Assembly: GCF_018350175.1 (NCBI RefSeq)
Contig: NC_058368.1
Coordinates: 3,534,001 to 3,598,000, forward strand
Source: Felis catus
Taxonomy: Eukaryota
Direction of reading: 5' to 3'
Length of the DNA: 64,000 nucleotides
Positions 37,540-50,133 of this stretch are shown in pieces. The notes beneath the pieces are model-generated. The model did not search any database. It was given only the letters and a program-made list of their open reading frames with translations, and was not told the origin of the DNA. Both the position numbers and the translations under genes were made by a program. The first letter of the stretch is position 1, and the number at the start of each line of letters is the position of its first letter.

Positions 37540-38255
37540 AGAATGTGTGGTTAGGGTCACTTCTGCCTTGTGCCTCTACGTGCCTAGACAAGTGCCAGGG
37601 ACACGGCAGTTTCTCAGTAAATGTTTGAAAAATTAATGACCTATGAAAGTGAAGAGGAGAGCTAAAGCCATGTCTGGGGATAAAATCTTCAAGACTTTGG
37701 ATCCAAATAGGTGAGTAAATGGTTGGAGTTGAGTTTCAGAAAGATTTCCCTGGTCTCGGTGTTGAGGATGGATTAGAGAAGGACAAAGACCAGAAGGAAG
37801 GAATCTATGAGGAAGAGGACAAAACATAGGAATTAAAGCAAAGAGGTAGACTGAGTCTGTGAAGTTGAATGGCTTACTGGACATAGAAGCACCGAAAAGA
37901 AGGACCAAAGATGTCACCCAAGTCATAGGGTCAGATGATGGCCCAATGGAGGCAACTTTCAACTGGGCTCGGAACTGCCTTGGGTTGGGATTCAAGAAGG
38001 CTATGTTAAATTTGTTGCCCACGGAGGTTTCTGTGCCTGGATGATACGCAGTGATATGCCAGCAGGCAGTGGATTAAATAGGTCCAGACTTCAGGTGAGG
38101 GATATGGCCTGGTCATATAGATTGGGGAATCATTAATGTGGAGATAGCAGTTTAAGCCTTGGGAATGGATGATCTTTCCAGGAAAAAGGCATAGGGTGGG
38201 AAAAAAGATTAAGAAGCGAGCCCTAGGGAATAAGAAAATGTCAGGTGTAGACAAA
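37540..38255. mobile_element. L2 fragments
   Basis: gtgcctagacaagtgccagggacacggcagtttctcagtaaatgtttg; atatagattggggaatcattaatg. Confidence 0.65.
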
Positions 38256-38329
38256 ATCCCTCACCATAACTAGAAAGACTGGGTTACTCAAAGAATCCAT
38301 CATTATGAATGATGGATTCAGCTACCCCC

Positions 38330-38757
38330 TGTGGTGGATTAAATTGTGTGCCTCCAAACTAGCTATGTTGAAGTCCTAAGCGTGAAACTTCAGAATGTGA
38401 GATTCTCTGGAAATAGGGTCATTGGATGTAACCAATTAGGATGTAACCATTGGATGTAACCAATTACATTGGCTCTAACAAAATAGTGTGAGCCTCTAAT
38501 CCAATATGACCGATGCCCTTATAAAAAGAGTGCCGTGTGAAGAAGACACACAGAAAGAGAACACCATGTAAAGACTGGAGCCGCAGACCCAAAGCCAAGG
38601 AAATGCCAGAAGCTGGGAGAGAGGCCTGCAACAGAACCTTCCCCAGTACCTTCAGAGGTAACATGGCTTCCCTGACATCTTGATCTCAAACTCCTAGCCT
38701 CTAAAACTATGAGACAGTACATTCCTACTTTGTAACCCATTGCACCCTTAGGAACTA
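38330..38757 (+). mobile_element. MaLR solo LTR (MLT1-like)
   Basis: tgtggtggattaaattgtgt...tatgttgaagtcctaa...ggaaatagggtc...aagccaaggaaatgccagaagctgggagagagg. Confidence 0.88.
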
Positions 38758-40508
38758 ATTAAAAAAAACCAAACACACCAAAAAAAATAACAACAAAAAA
38801 TCCAGCCCATGCAAAGTAAATTTCTCTTCATTACATTTTGGCCTTGGGCAGCATACCCTCTCATTTAACACCTGGCATTCTTCTTTTGATCTTTGCTCCC
38901 TGATTCTCAGAGATTCCGGGATGGGTGGCTAGCACACTGATCACACATGGCTGCCCCCTCGCTCCAAGCTCCAAGCCCTGAAAACCAAATTATCTTGGCA
39001 CATCTCAACCACTTCAGATAACTGAGGCTTTCCCTCTGCTTGAAATAAGCCAGGAAACTTCATTGTATCTCACATTTATTCACTTTAAAATAAGGTGATT
39101 AGATTGCAAGCCCATTGCCAGCTCTAAGTTTCTCAAGATAACTGAATTGAAAATAATTTGCAGGAAGGGGAGATCGAGATGCAAACCCTTCCCTCCCTCC
39201 TGTCTTCTCACTCACCAAACATTCTGGGCTTCTATCTGGGCAAAGACAGAGACCTTCCTTTGGACATCGGCAAACAAATCTTCACGATTTGCTTTCTTAT
39301 AGGCCTTTTAAATATGAAGATCCTGTAACTGTAACACACACTGTGTTAACATTATTGTTCCCTTGGTCCTAAAACTATCACCTAAAAGCCTCAAACTTTA
39401 GATGTTAACCCTGATGCCTTGTAAAACCACTTGAAAAGACCACAACTCAAATCACCTTCAGACCTCACCCCTCAAGACTGTCATTATGAGTTGTTTTCTT
39501 AATTTCACCACCCACAAAGCCTGATTTCTACTTCACCTCCAAAGTAGTGGATTTGACTAGTCAACCCCTGCATTTGTATCCTCTCCTTCTCTAACTGTAG
39601 AACTCTAACTCACAATTTCCAATTCAATTTCTTTGGTAAAACCAAAGCCACCTAATCAAACAAAGAAAGCCATTCTGGCTTTAGAAGCTACAGCTAATGC
39701 TGGTGACTCCACAGCCCTGCACTATCCCAGTGGTGTTATCAGCGTGTCTTACTTAAATACTGTTATCTAAATGTTATTGAAACTTTATCGCATGCCAACT
39801 TGAGAAAAAATGTTGCGCATATTTTTGAGATAACACAGCAATCACAAAGTCGGCCCAAGAACATTTCTGGGAGTACTGCTTTTTTTTTTTTTCTTTCTTT
39901 CCTGTTTTTATGATAGCTGTGAAAGACAAAAATCATAAAAGTAGTAATACCATTTCACGAAGTCAAACTAGGGTTGTATTTCAGGCTTACTCATAACGGG
40001 AAAGACCAAAAAAAAAAAAAAAAAAGAATTATGGTCTTTCCGGTCTTAGCTTTGGTAAGAATTTAAAATATTTTATTGTGAAACCAAAGTAAATAAAAAT
40101 CTTTGTCATTTTATCCACCAAGCACCATATAGTTTCCTCAAGAAAATAGGATATTTCTAATAGATTATTCAAAACCCCAGGTTACAGTAGAATTTCTGTA
40201 GAATTCCAGTAGAATTTCTCTTTTAACTAATTATTTTTTATATCTAGAGATGTATTCTACAGGAGTTTGGTGGGCTGGGACTCTTTCAGTAGATGGCAAT
40301 GATCTATTCCTCCAACTAGAAGCTGCCAGGGACATTAACTGAGAGTCTTTCTCAGTGGCAATGTAAGGACATAATTATCTCACAACAATTCTCTGTGAAT
40401 TATGTTGTCTTACTCGTCTTCTAGATAAATGAACCCAGTGTCATATCCCAAACCTCGCCAGTCGAAGTTAGGACCATCTGTATATAAGTTAACCACATCA
40501 TCTTTTTT

Positions 40509-40722
40509 TTTTTCAACGTTTTTTATTTTTTAGTTTTGGGACAGAGAGAGACAGAGCATGAACGGGGGAGGGGCAGAGAGAGAGGGAGACACAGAATTGG
40601 AAACAGGCTCTAGGCTCCGAGCCATCAGCCCAGAGCCTGATGCGGGGCTCGAACTCACGGACCGCGAGATCGTGACCTGGCTGAAGTCGGACGCTTAACC
40701 GACTGCGCCACCCAGGCACCCC
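40509..40722 (-). mobile_element. Young felid SINE (SINEC_Fc type)
   Basis: Diagnostic young body; TSD acatcatctttttt. Confidence 0.97.
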
Positions 40723-40737
40723 TACATCATCTTTTTT

Positions 40738-40960
40738 AAAAGAAAAATTTTTAAACGTTTTTATTTATTTTTGAGACAGAGAGAGACAGAGCATGAGCAG
40801 GGGAGGGGCAGAGAGAGAGAGGGAGACACAGAATCCGAAGCAGGCTCCAGGCTCAGAGGTGTCAGCCCAGAGCCCCACGCGGGGCTCAAACTCACGGAGT
40901 GTGAGATCATGACCTGAGCCGAAGTCGGACGCCCAACCGACTGAGCCACCCAGGTGCCCC
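40738..40960 (-). mobile_element. Can-SINE
   Basis: Full body ending cccaggtgcccc; outer TSD ccaca(a)tcatctt. Confidence 0.96.
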
Positions 40961-41644
40961 GCCACAATCATCTTATTTCTGCTGATCAGAAAAGAAGCCT
41001 TTAGCAAACCATTTATATTCATGCGAAGTACAACTTCCTTACCAAATAACCTGTATTCAAATTTAGCAGGTTCCAAATTAATCAGGGTTTACTTTACTTT
41101 TTCTGTGATTCTGCCTTGTTATTGGCTGGATTTTGTTTTTTTAACTCTGAGTTCCAAGGAGATCTATTCTGAGAAAAATTCTGTCTCTGTCTCTCTCAGT
41201 TTCTGTCTCTCTGTGTCTCTTTCACACACATATGCATGTGCACTTACCTTATTACCCATGTTTAGGAAACTGTAGATATTTTGCTGACTTTTACGTAGAT
41301 CGATGGACTAGAACCCATATCCTTTTTCTTCCCCCCTAACTACTAAGGAAAGATAGGGCTATTAGTGGATTTATGGTGCCATCATGTGGTAATACATAGA
41401 CACTCATTTTGTTTTTTATTTTTATTTTTTATTTTATTTTTTATTTTTATTTTTAATTTATGAAGGATTTCAATGCATTAAAAAGGACAGAAATAATACA
41501 GGTACTCCTGTACCCAATATTTTCTTTAATTTACTTGAGATCTCTCTCTTAATTAAAGAAGTAGTCTTTACAAATGCAGTCAGGTCCACCCTCCCCCTTC
41601 CCCCAACCCTCCCTTCTCAGATGTAACTTCAGACTTCTGAGTAT

Positions 41645-41722
41645 TTATCATATCATCTTTCTATCTGTTTATCATCTATCAATCTATTTATCTATCTGTC
41701 TATCATCCATCTCTATCTCTAT
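41645..41722. repeat. Degenerate (TATC)n repeat
   Basis: Direct observation. Confidence 0.85.
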
Positions 41723-42943
41723 AATGGTTATAAACTATTATTTTGTACTTTGAACTGTACACACGACACAGAGACACATGGACACATCTGAATAACTGTC
41801 TTGCAATTTTTCGAAAGCCTTCAGTGTTAGGGCTTTCGAAATTTTGTGTTCTTACTAGTTAGTTGTTGTTGTTGTTTGGTCTCACTGTGCCAGCTAAGGC
41901 TTCAACCATGACGTCGAATGGACGGAGTGACAACAGACAGCTGCCGGTAGAGTTCCTCACCTTAAGAGATTATTTCTGCTATTTTGCTATTATGTCCAAT
42001 ACTTGCTGTAGGTTTTGATAGATAGCCTTTAGCAGATTAAGAAAATTCCAGTCTGCTTCGTGTTATTTTATCTTAAACACATACTACTTTTTAAAAAATG
42101 CTTTTTTTAATGCCTTTTGAAACGAAGTTCAAGGTGTTTCATTTTTGAAAAGAAAGGCGTATTTAATAACAGTCAGTCCAAGAGAATATTTAAGACATAA
42201 CTCCCTACTTAACCATAAAATAGAGTTCTTAGTCCATACGGAGTAAGGCTTGTTAGACTCAACTTACAACTTGAGAATCGTTTTGTGCTGGCCATGAAAA
42301 GAACCACTTTCATTAATGGCTGCCACTGTTGACCAAATATGAATATGTAAATTTCTGGTCACTTAACTCTTTATTTCTACCTAAGAGATGCCGCAAAGAA
42401 AATGTCTTTGAGACGAGTCTCTCAGCTTGTCAGTTAATAAGAAAAAGAGTTCCATGTCCTATGGATGCATTCCATCAATGTTAGAAGTTCGTTTTTGGAA
42501 CTCCAAGCTCTTTAAGGACTAGTGACTTTTCCATCTCACATTCCCATATAGGATGGTGCCAGACACGTAGTAGCGGCTCTACAAATATTTGTAGAAAGAA
42601 TAAATAGGCAGTGCCAGGAAGAATCTTATCTTTATTATTATTTTTGAGTTGCAACTTCTCAAGAAACCAGCATATCCTTTGAATTTGATTTGAACTCTTT
42701 TTAAGCCTAATAATATAGCTTATATTTTGGGGGGCAGAAGTTAATTGAGCAGTGATGCACAGAGTTATTATTGGCAGAGAGGAGTTCAATAACTAGAAAA
42801 TACATGGCATTGTAGTATGTTTGAGCTGCAGGGAGATGAATCTTTAAAGATTTAAAGGATTAAACCTGGAACTGACATTCTGAGAACACCAGAGATGCTA
42901 TTAAAATATTAACCAGGAAAATTTTATAAAGAAACAAAAAAGA

Positions 42944-43140
42944 GGACGCCTGGGTGGTTCAGTCAGTTAAGCATCTGGCTCTTGAATTCAGCTCCGGTCA
43001 TGAACTCATGGTTCGTGGGATTGAGCCACGCATCCAGGCTCTGTGCTGACAGCACCGAAACCTGCTTGTGGTTCTTTCTCTCCCTCTCTCTGCCCCTCTT
43101 TTGTACACACATGTACTCTCTCTCTCTCAAAAATAAACAT
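42944..43140 (+). mobile_element. Can-SINE (host of a tandem pair)
   Basis: ggacgcctgggtggttcagtc...ctctcaaaataaac; outer TSD aaagaaacaa(a/g)a(a/g)ag. Confidence 0.93.
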
Positions 43141-43144
43141 TTTA

Positions 43145-43398
43145 GGGGTGCCCAGGGGCTCAGTCCCTTAAGAGTTCGACTTTGGCTCAGGTGATGTTCT
43201 CACAATTCATGGGTTCAAACCCCATGTCAGGCTCTGCGCTGACAGCTCAGAGCCTGGAGCCTGCCTCGAATTCTGTGTGTGTCTCTCTCTGCCCCTCTCC
43301 TGCTTGTGCTCTCTCTCTCTCCCTCTCCCTCTCTCTCTCACTCTCTCTGTCTCTCTCAAAAATAAATAAGTAAACATTTAAAATAAAAATTAAAAAAA
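43145..43398 (+). mobile_element. Can-SINE inserted in the tail of the preceding SINE
   Basis: ggggtgcccagggg...; flanked by aaacatt duplication. Confidence 0.93.
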
Positions 43399-43439
43399 GA
43401 AACATTAAAAAAAAAGAAACAAGAGAGAACTTCTAACAA

Positions 43440-44002
43440 ATGTCTTCATGGAAATTAAAAACTCAATAAATGGCATGTTTTAAGTAGACACTGTTGAAGA
43501 GAGGAATAATGAGCTGATGGAAAAAAAGAAAGAAATTAACCAGAATACATGGCATAGGGAAAAAGAGATGGGAACTATGAAAGGGAGTTAAGACGCATGA
43601 AATGCAAAATGAGAAGATCCAACAGAAATCTTACAAGACCACTAAGAGGAAAGAACAGAGAAATAAGTACTGTATAAGGCAATATTTTAAGAAATGTCAC
43701 ACTGGGGGCGCCTGGGTGGCTCAGTCGGTTAAACATCCGACTTCAGCTCAGGTCATGATCTCGGGGTTCGTGGGTTGGAGCCCCGCGTCGGGCTCTGTGC
43801 TAACAGCCCGGAGCCTGGAGCCTGCTCTGGATTCTGTGTCTCCCTCTCCCTCTGCCCCTCCCCTGCTCATGCTCTATCTCTCTCTGTATTTCAATAATAA
43901 ACGTTAAAAACAATTAAAAAAAAAAAAAAAGAAATGTCAAACTAAAAACTTCCCAGACCTGATGAAGTAAATGAACTCTCAGCTTCAAGAACATATTCTG
44001 AG

Positions 44003-44003
<1 letters not shown>
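43440..44003 (+). mobile_element. Old L1 ORF1-region fragment
   Basis: gaaattaaaaactcaataaatgg...gacactgttgaagagagg...aaaaacttcccagacctgatgaag. Confidence 0.65.
43704..43930 (+). mobile_element. Can-SINE
   Basis: Full body; TSD aagaaatgtca(c/a)act. Confidence 0.96.
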
Positions 44004-44036
<33 letters not shown>

Positions 44037-44089
44037 TTTAAAACTCCCACATTATGGGCAAATGTTAGCAGAACTCTAGAACTGCCCTC

Positions 44090-45040
44090 ACAGATGTCAC
44101 CAAAATGATGATGTAGGAAACCCCAGTCTTTGTCCCTCAATAATACGCATCTACCCGTGAATAAAAACAGATCTGGGAGCACTCTATCACCCACAGAAGA
44201 AACTCTAGAAACACGGGAAATAAAAAAAAAAAAAAAAAGCACCTGAGAGCAACGGCACCAGAAGAGAAGGCAGAGAGCTTTATTTCACCCGCGTCACCCC
44301 AACCCTCAAGCTGCCCTTGTTCCTCTCAAGATGGAATTTCCCAACTTGAAGGAGATCCCTTGCCAGAAAGAGAAGGGGAGGGTGGGGTGAGCTTTTGGGG
44401 GCGTGGCACAGAGACTCCACTTCGGTTTCAGCTGCCCCAGACCAGCAACGCTGAGACATGTAGAGGCAACAGGAACAAGGCAGAAAAGCAAGGGTTACCA
44501 AACAGCAGCCACGCGGCAGGAGCAATAGTGGTTCACGGATGATTGTTGCTTGGCGGATGATTCTGCCACCAACGAGACTGATGGCTGCCCTAAGTGTCCC
44601 AGATCTCCTGCCTGTTTCATTGGCCTTTACCCCCACAGATATTTGCCTTTGTGGCTGCCAGCTGCCTGGGTCCCTCCCTCCCCCTGGCGGAGCCCAGGAA
44701 CGATGCTGGCAGCCAACTCCAACCTCTGGGGCTGTGCAGGTGCGGGACGCCGGCCACCGAGGTTTCCCTCCTCGACCCCACCGGCTCCCAGAAACCAGGC
44801 CGGCACCCAGCTCAGTTCTTAGCCACAACACGAGTGCCAGACAGACACCAGCCCGGATACCCACCCCCCAACCCGGCCCCCACCAACATGTGCACTCTGG
44901 GGCTGGCCCCTCCAGCTAGGCACCTGCGTGTGGCTGCCTGACACCCCCCGAGTGGCCTCCGGTGCAGCGTGCAGGGCCCAAGGAGGGCGAGCAGCTACTG
45001 GACTGGCTGCCTGTGGGTCCAGATCAGGCCCTGTCTTCTG
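44090..45040 (+). mobile_element. L1 5'UTR-like segment, GC/CpG-rich, with no ORF1 downstream
   Basis: Start gatgtcaccaaaatgatgatgtagga resembles a CpG-decayed L1M 5' terminus (compare 18038 on the minus strand); ctgggagcactct...cacctgagagcaac...gcgtcacccc follows recalled L1M 5' architecture. Confidence 0.62.
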
Positions 45041-45489
45041 CCCCCGGTCTATACCACTTCACTGAGGAAAAGTTGTCCCCTCCAGGTAGGTAAATCAGAA
45101 AGGGGCATGGGGCTACCAGGCCAGGACTCAGAGCACGCCCCGGATGGCCAGCCCCGTTCATCGCTCCATAGGCATGAACTGACACCTGTGCAAGGCGTAG
45201 AGCTTTAAACGATGAGGCCGATGACCAGGGTCAGAAGGAAAATCCGTCAGCAGACCAAACCGGATGCTGATGTGAGTGACAAGGGCGACTGCGTTTTCTT
45301 AAAAATTAAAAAGCCAGTAAAGCTATCGGAGTACCAGCCAGGCATCTCCCGGATCTTAAACCCTTGGCATTTCTTCACGAGATCAGAATTACAACCAATC
45401 TGAGAACGTCATTGCCCTGACATATTGACTCGGAGAACCCAGTCACCCCAGGGGCTCAGGGCCCTTCCTGGACACCTTGTGTTCCTGCC

Positions 45490-45900
45490 AGGGGCACTCA
45501 GCGGAGTTTACGGGTCCCCGGATGGCATTTTTGGAAGCTCTTTCCTGCTGTCACAATGATGGGAGAGGTTCTGCTGGCATTTAACAGTCAGAGAACAGAG
45601 AGGCTAGACGTTTTCCATAAGTGAACAGGCCTACAAAAGGAAGAATTGTCCTAAGTCCCAGACAAATCTCAAAAGTCTAGGAGACATCCTGTAGCTGCAA
45701 ATCTGCCTATGTTTATCTGAGTTTAGACACTCTCTCCATCTTACATGTAAATACAAAGTATTTTTGCATGGTTTCCATTAAAATACACTACATTTTCCAA
45801 AAATGTAACAATCAAGCAAATTAAGGGAAGAGCATACATTTTTTTTTATAGCACTTTAGCAAGATTTGTTCACAAAGCATATTTGAGACATGGATATAAT
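45490..45900. mobile_element. hAT-Charlie-like DNA transposon remnant (MER20-related)
   Basis: tgtcacaatgatggg...tgctggcattta...gaggctagac...gaagaattgtcc. Confidence 0.55.
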
Positions 45901-46020
45901 TATAATGCAGTATCAGGCTACGCTAGCTTTGCATTTGTAGATTTACTTCATCATGGCCCTCGAAACTTAGATTGCAATACGGTTTTTTTTGTTTTTTTTT
46001 TTTTTTAATTTACGTTCCTT

Positions 46021-46214
46021 GTGGCTCCTGGGCAGCTCAGTCAGTTGAGTGTCTGAGGCTTGATTTCAGCTCAGATCACGACCCCGGGATTGTGGGATCA
46101 AGCCCTGAGGGGGCTCCACACTGAGTAGGGAGCCTGCTTCAGATTCTCTCCCTCCCTCTCCCTCTGTCCCTTTCCCTTGCTCTCTCCCTCTCTCTCTCTC
46201 AAAAAAAAAAAAAA
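46021..46214 (+). mobile_element. Older Can-SINE
   Basis: ggctcctgggcagctcagtcagttgag...ggagcctgcttcagattctctc, A tail. Confidence 0.9.
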
Positions 46215-46605
46215 ATACTTTATTTCCAATCTAGAATGCAGTTGTAGAATTACATTGATTTTTTAAAGTTATATCTGTAGGTAGACTATGTTATCTACAA
46301 TTTCCATTTAAAATAATAGATTGTTACAAAATATTCGTATATTAATTATGTTACAGGCTATCGTTAAACAATCCTAACTTCCTGTACAATATTAGCCAGG
46401 TTATTTCAAAATTTTATTTTGTTACAAGAAAGGGACTTTGGATCTGATGGGAAGAACCACTTTATGTCATCTAAACATTATCTAGATTCCTTTACTTTAG
46501 AGATCATCGTCTGCTTCCTGTGTCACAGTCTGTCATATAACATATCATCCTATCAACAGGGAAGTCCGCACCTCCCTGTGCCTTTTCATTTTTGTGCCTC
46601 ATTTC

Positions 46606-46823
46606 TTTTTTTTTTTTAATGTTTCCTTATTTTTGAGAAAGAGAGACAGACAGAGCACGCGTTGGGAGGGGCAGAGAGAGAGAGGGAGACACGGAATCCT
46701 TAGCAGGCTCCAGGCTCTGAGCTGTCAGCACAGAGCCCGACCCGGGGCTTGAACTCACGAACTGTGAGATCATGACAGAAGCTGACGCTGGATGTTTAAC
46801 CGACTGAGTAACCCAGGCACCCC
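46606..46823 (-). mobile_element. Can-SINE
   Basis: Full body ending acccaggcacccc. Confidence 0.95.
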
Positions 46824-47541
46824 TTTGTCCCTTACTTACTAAGCAGGGCATTCACCCCATTCATTTGTTTCTATTACGAGAAACTTTCTTATAAGATTAG
46901 AATTTGTATGATTGCTTAGGGGTTTTTTGGGGATGTGCATGCTTTGCAAAATCATCTGGTCACATTTCCTCATCCATTTCAGAGAGGTGTCCCTAGCGAG
47001 TTACCACAGAGGTGTCATTGACCTTCTTGGTGGTGCCCAAATTTAGTTTGCTATGGTTTTACTGATCCCTCACCCTCCATCCACAGAGGCCCTAAACCCC
47101 AACATTCACACACATCAGAGGGCATAGAGAAGCGCAGACAGAATTTTATCTCCACACCAGAACAGAATTGCATTTCCCATACATCCTTGGGTTAAACGTG
47201 TATGATGGAGTCTTATAATGAACTTAAGCTAGAAAAAGAAATACAACCTAATTATGTGAAAAGATTATTGAATACAAGTTTTTAAAAATCGTTATTCATT
47301 GCCTATTTCCCTTCTAGAACTCAGTTGGTTTTATTTTATTTTTTCAGGAAGACACAAAGATATTACCACCAGAGAGCACCATGATCCTTTGTTAAGCATT
47401 TTACGTACAGTTTTAACAAATCCCTACTTTTAGGGGTGATGTCAAATAATAGCAACCATAATTTAAACAGAATCTGGAAAATTCTTTTGCTCTATGTTTT
47501 GTCTTTGCCTCTTAAAAGTACCCCAAAACGTTTCAATTTTC

Positions 47542-47764
47542 TTTTTCTTTTTAATTTTTTTAATGTTTATTTATTTTTGAGAGAAAGAGACAGGCAGAGC
47601 ATGAGAGAGGAAGGGGCAGAGAGAGGGAGAAATAGAACTTGAAGCAAGCTCCGGGCTCTGACCTGTCAGCACAGAGCCCGATGCGGGGCTCGAACTCACG
47701 GACTGTGAGATCACGACCTGAGCCAGAGCCGGACGCTCCACCGACTGAGCCACCCAGGCGCCCC
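47542..47764 (-). mobile_element. Can-SINE
   Basis: Full body; TSD tcaa(t/c)tttctt. Confidence 0.95.
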
Positions 47765-47833
47765 TCAACTTTCTTAAATGACACAGGAAAACATTTTTAA
47801 AGTATGTTTTAGACACCATGATACATAAAGGCC

Positions 47834-48146
47834 TTTTTAAGTTTATTTCTTTAAATTCAAGTTAGTTAACACACTGTGTAGTCTTGATTTCAGGAGTAGA
47901 ACCCGGCGATTCATCACTTACATTAACACACAGGGCTCATCGCGCAAGTGCCCTCCTCAGTGCCCATCCCCCATTTAGCCCAGCCCCCCACCCACCTCCC
48001 TCCAGCAACCCTGTTTGTTCTCTGTAGTTAAGAGTCTCATGGTTGGTCTCCCTCTGTGTTTTTATCTTATTTTTCCTTCCCTTCCCTATATTCATCCGTT
48101 GTGTTTCTTAAATTCCACATTTGAGTAAAAGCAGATGATATTTGCC
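47834..48146 (-). mobile_element. Carnivore L1 3'-end fragment
   Basis: aattcaagttagttaacac...tcaggagtagaacc...caagtgccctcctcagtgcccatc. Confidence 0.9.
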
Positions 48147-48357
48147 TCAGTTTTGCTTTAAATAGATCCTGGTCTCATTCAGTGTTAACTGGGTTCTTAC
48201 CCCTTTAAGTTCATAAACCACCTGTTTCCTGATTCTCATCAGTGTTTGTGCTAATGATTTTCAGGCCTGGTTAATATGAAAATATGTTTATTCTATTTGT
48301 AAATCTTGAGAACTGCTGACGTGTCTTTGAGTACCATTTTAGAGTGGTGCCACTTCT

Positions 48358-48548
48358 GGGGTGCCTGGGTGGCTCAGTTGGGTAAGCATCTGACTGGCTC
48401 AGGTCCCGATCTCACGGTTTGTTGGTTTGAGCCCTGCATCGGCCTCTCAGCTTTCAGCGCGGAGCCTGCTTCGGATCCTCTGTCCCCGTCTCTCTTCCCC
48501 CCTCCACTCACGCTTTTTCCTCTCAAAAATAAATAAACCTTAAGAAAA
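48358..48548 (+). mobile_element. Can-SINE
   Basis: ggggtgcctgggtggctcag...ctctcaaaaataaataaa. Confidence 0.93.
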
Positions 48549-49919
48549 AGTTTTATTGGAACTGGTCCACTCCTTTCTTGAATGAGTATCTGCGCCCATC
48601 CTTCCCTTGTCATCTGCAAACTCAATAGTTATATGTAAGGCCACTTTTGGCCATAATGTTTTGTGACTTCATACAAACTGACTCAGAATTCACCAGCCTG
48701 AGGATATCACTTCAGTGATACAAAACACGAACAATGCCCGCTATGCGTCAAATTCGACTGTATAATTATGTGCTCTTTCATAATTCTGATGTTGTTTTAT
48801 GGAATAAAGTTCCCATAAAGAGGAACTTTCTTTTTCTCTGGCTGGGTTCAGAAACCAACTTGTGGGAATGTTGTAGTGTTGTAGGGCTGATCTCTTGCGG
48901 GATGATTTTAATTTCTTTTGGCATGGACCCACCTTGCCCTTGGGGAGTCACAGGATGCCGTGTTGGTCCCACAGATACAAGTAGGTCCCCATGCTGATCG
49001 TGAGCCAGTGCCTGGGTGAGACCACCTTCTGAGAATCAAAAGAACTGCTTGAACAAGTTCTCAGAGGTGAAGTCCAGGAACATCTGTACTGGGATGGCCC
49101 TGTCAGAACATGAAACCAGCCTGGGTGATTCAGGGGACAGAGTGACTCCATGAAAGACTGTCTTGATTTTCATAACCAGGCTGGCCTTTTCTATTGGTGG
49201 AAGAAGAACCTGGAGAAAAATAAAATGCCTTCAATATGAGACACGAGAGTTCAACATCATGTTAAATTGGATCATTACAAGGAATACGGCCTTATTTGTG
49301 CCCTAACCCATGTGCACAGTGTTTATAACCAAAGTTGAGAGAAACTTGCAAAACCACATTTTTAGTCAATATGCTAGAGTTTCTACATCCTGTGAATGTT
49401 CACACTGAGATGAAATGTGCTTGAGTCAATGATTCCATTGTTTAATACATGCTTTGTGTTCTATTTTCTGAAATGGCCAACAACACAGTAGTGTGTCTTT
49501 ATAATTAGACTTTGTGTTTGGCCAAGAATGGTATGACAAGTATGTTAATCAAGCTTATTCAGAAGATACTGCCCAAATAACATTCTATTATATCCAAAAG
49601 GAAAACATAGCCTCATATGATGAATGTAAGGCATCTCTGAAGATACACAAAACAAGCCAGCGCTGGTTTTGAAAATTATGACTTGAAATAAAAATACTTT
49701 GAAAATATCCCTCATTATAAGTCTTCTAAATCAGGCCCTAAAAATAATCCAAAGAATCTATTGGTTATTTTTCCTTATAGAATTTCCTCTCAAAATTCAA
49801 AATTTTTCTGTATCTGATTTTGGTGGGGGAAGCAAAATTATAAAGGGGTACAGGAAAACGCAGATTTTGATATGACCGAATTGCAAATGGCTTAATTTCA
49901 AATAAAAGAAGGTATGATA

Positions 49920-50133
49920 GGGGCGCCTGGGTGGCGCAGTGGGTTAAGCGTCCGACTTCAGCCAGGTCACGATCTCGCTGTCCGTGAGTTCGAGCCCCGC
50001 GTCGGGCTCTGGGCTGATGGCTCAGAGCCTGGAGCCTGTTTCCGATTCTGTGTCTCCCTCTCTCTCTGCCCCTCTCCCGTTCATGCTCTGTCTCTCTCTG
50101 TCCCAAAAATAAATAAACGTTGAAAAAAAAAAA
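49920..50133 (+). mobile_element. Young felid SINE (SINEC_Fc type)
   Basis: CpG-intact body, pure A tail; perfect TSD aaaagaaggtatgata. Confidence 0.98.

Noticed and set aside
44280..44941. Overlapping 90-194 aa ORFs on both strands
   Set aside because: Expected in GC-rich DNA with few stop codons; Pro/Gly/Arg-rich with no homology I recognise.
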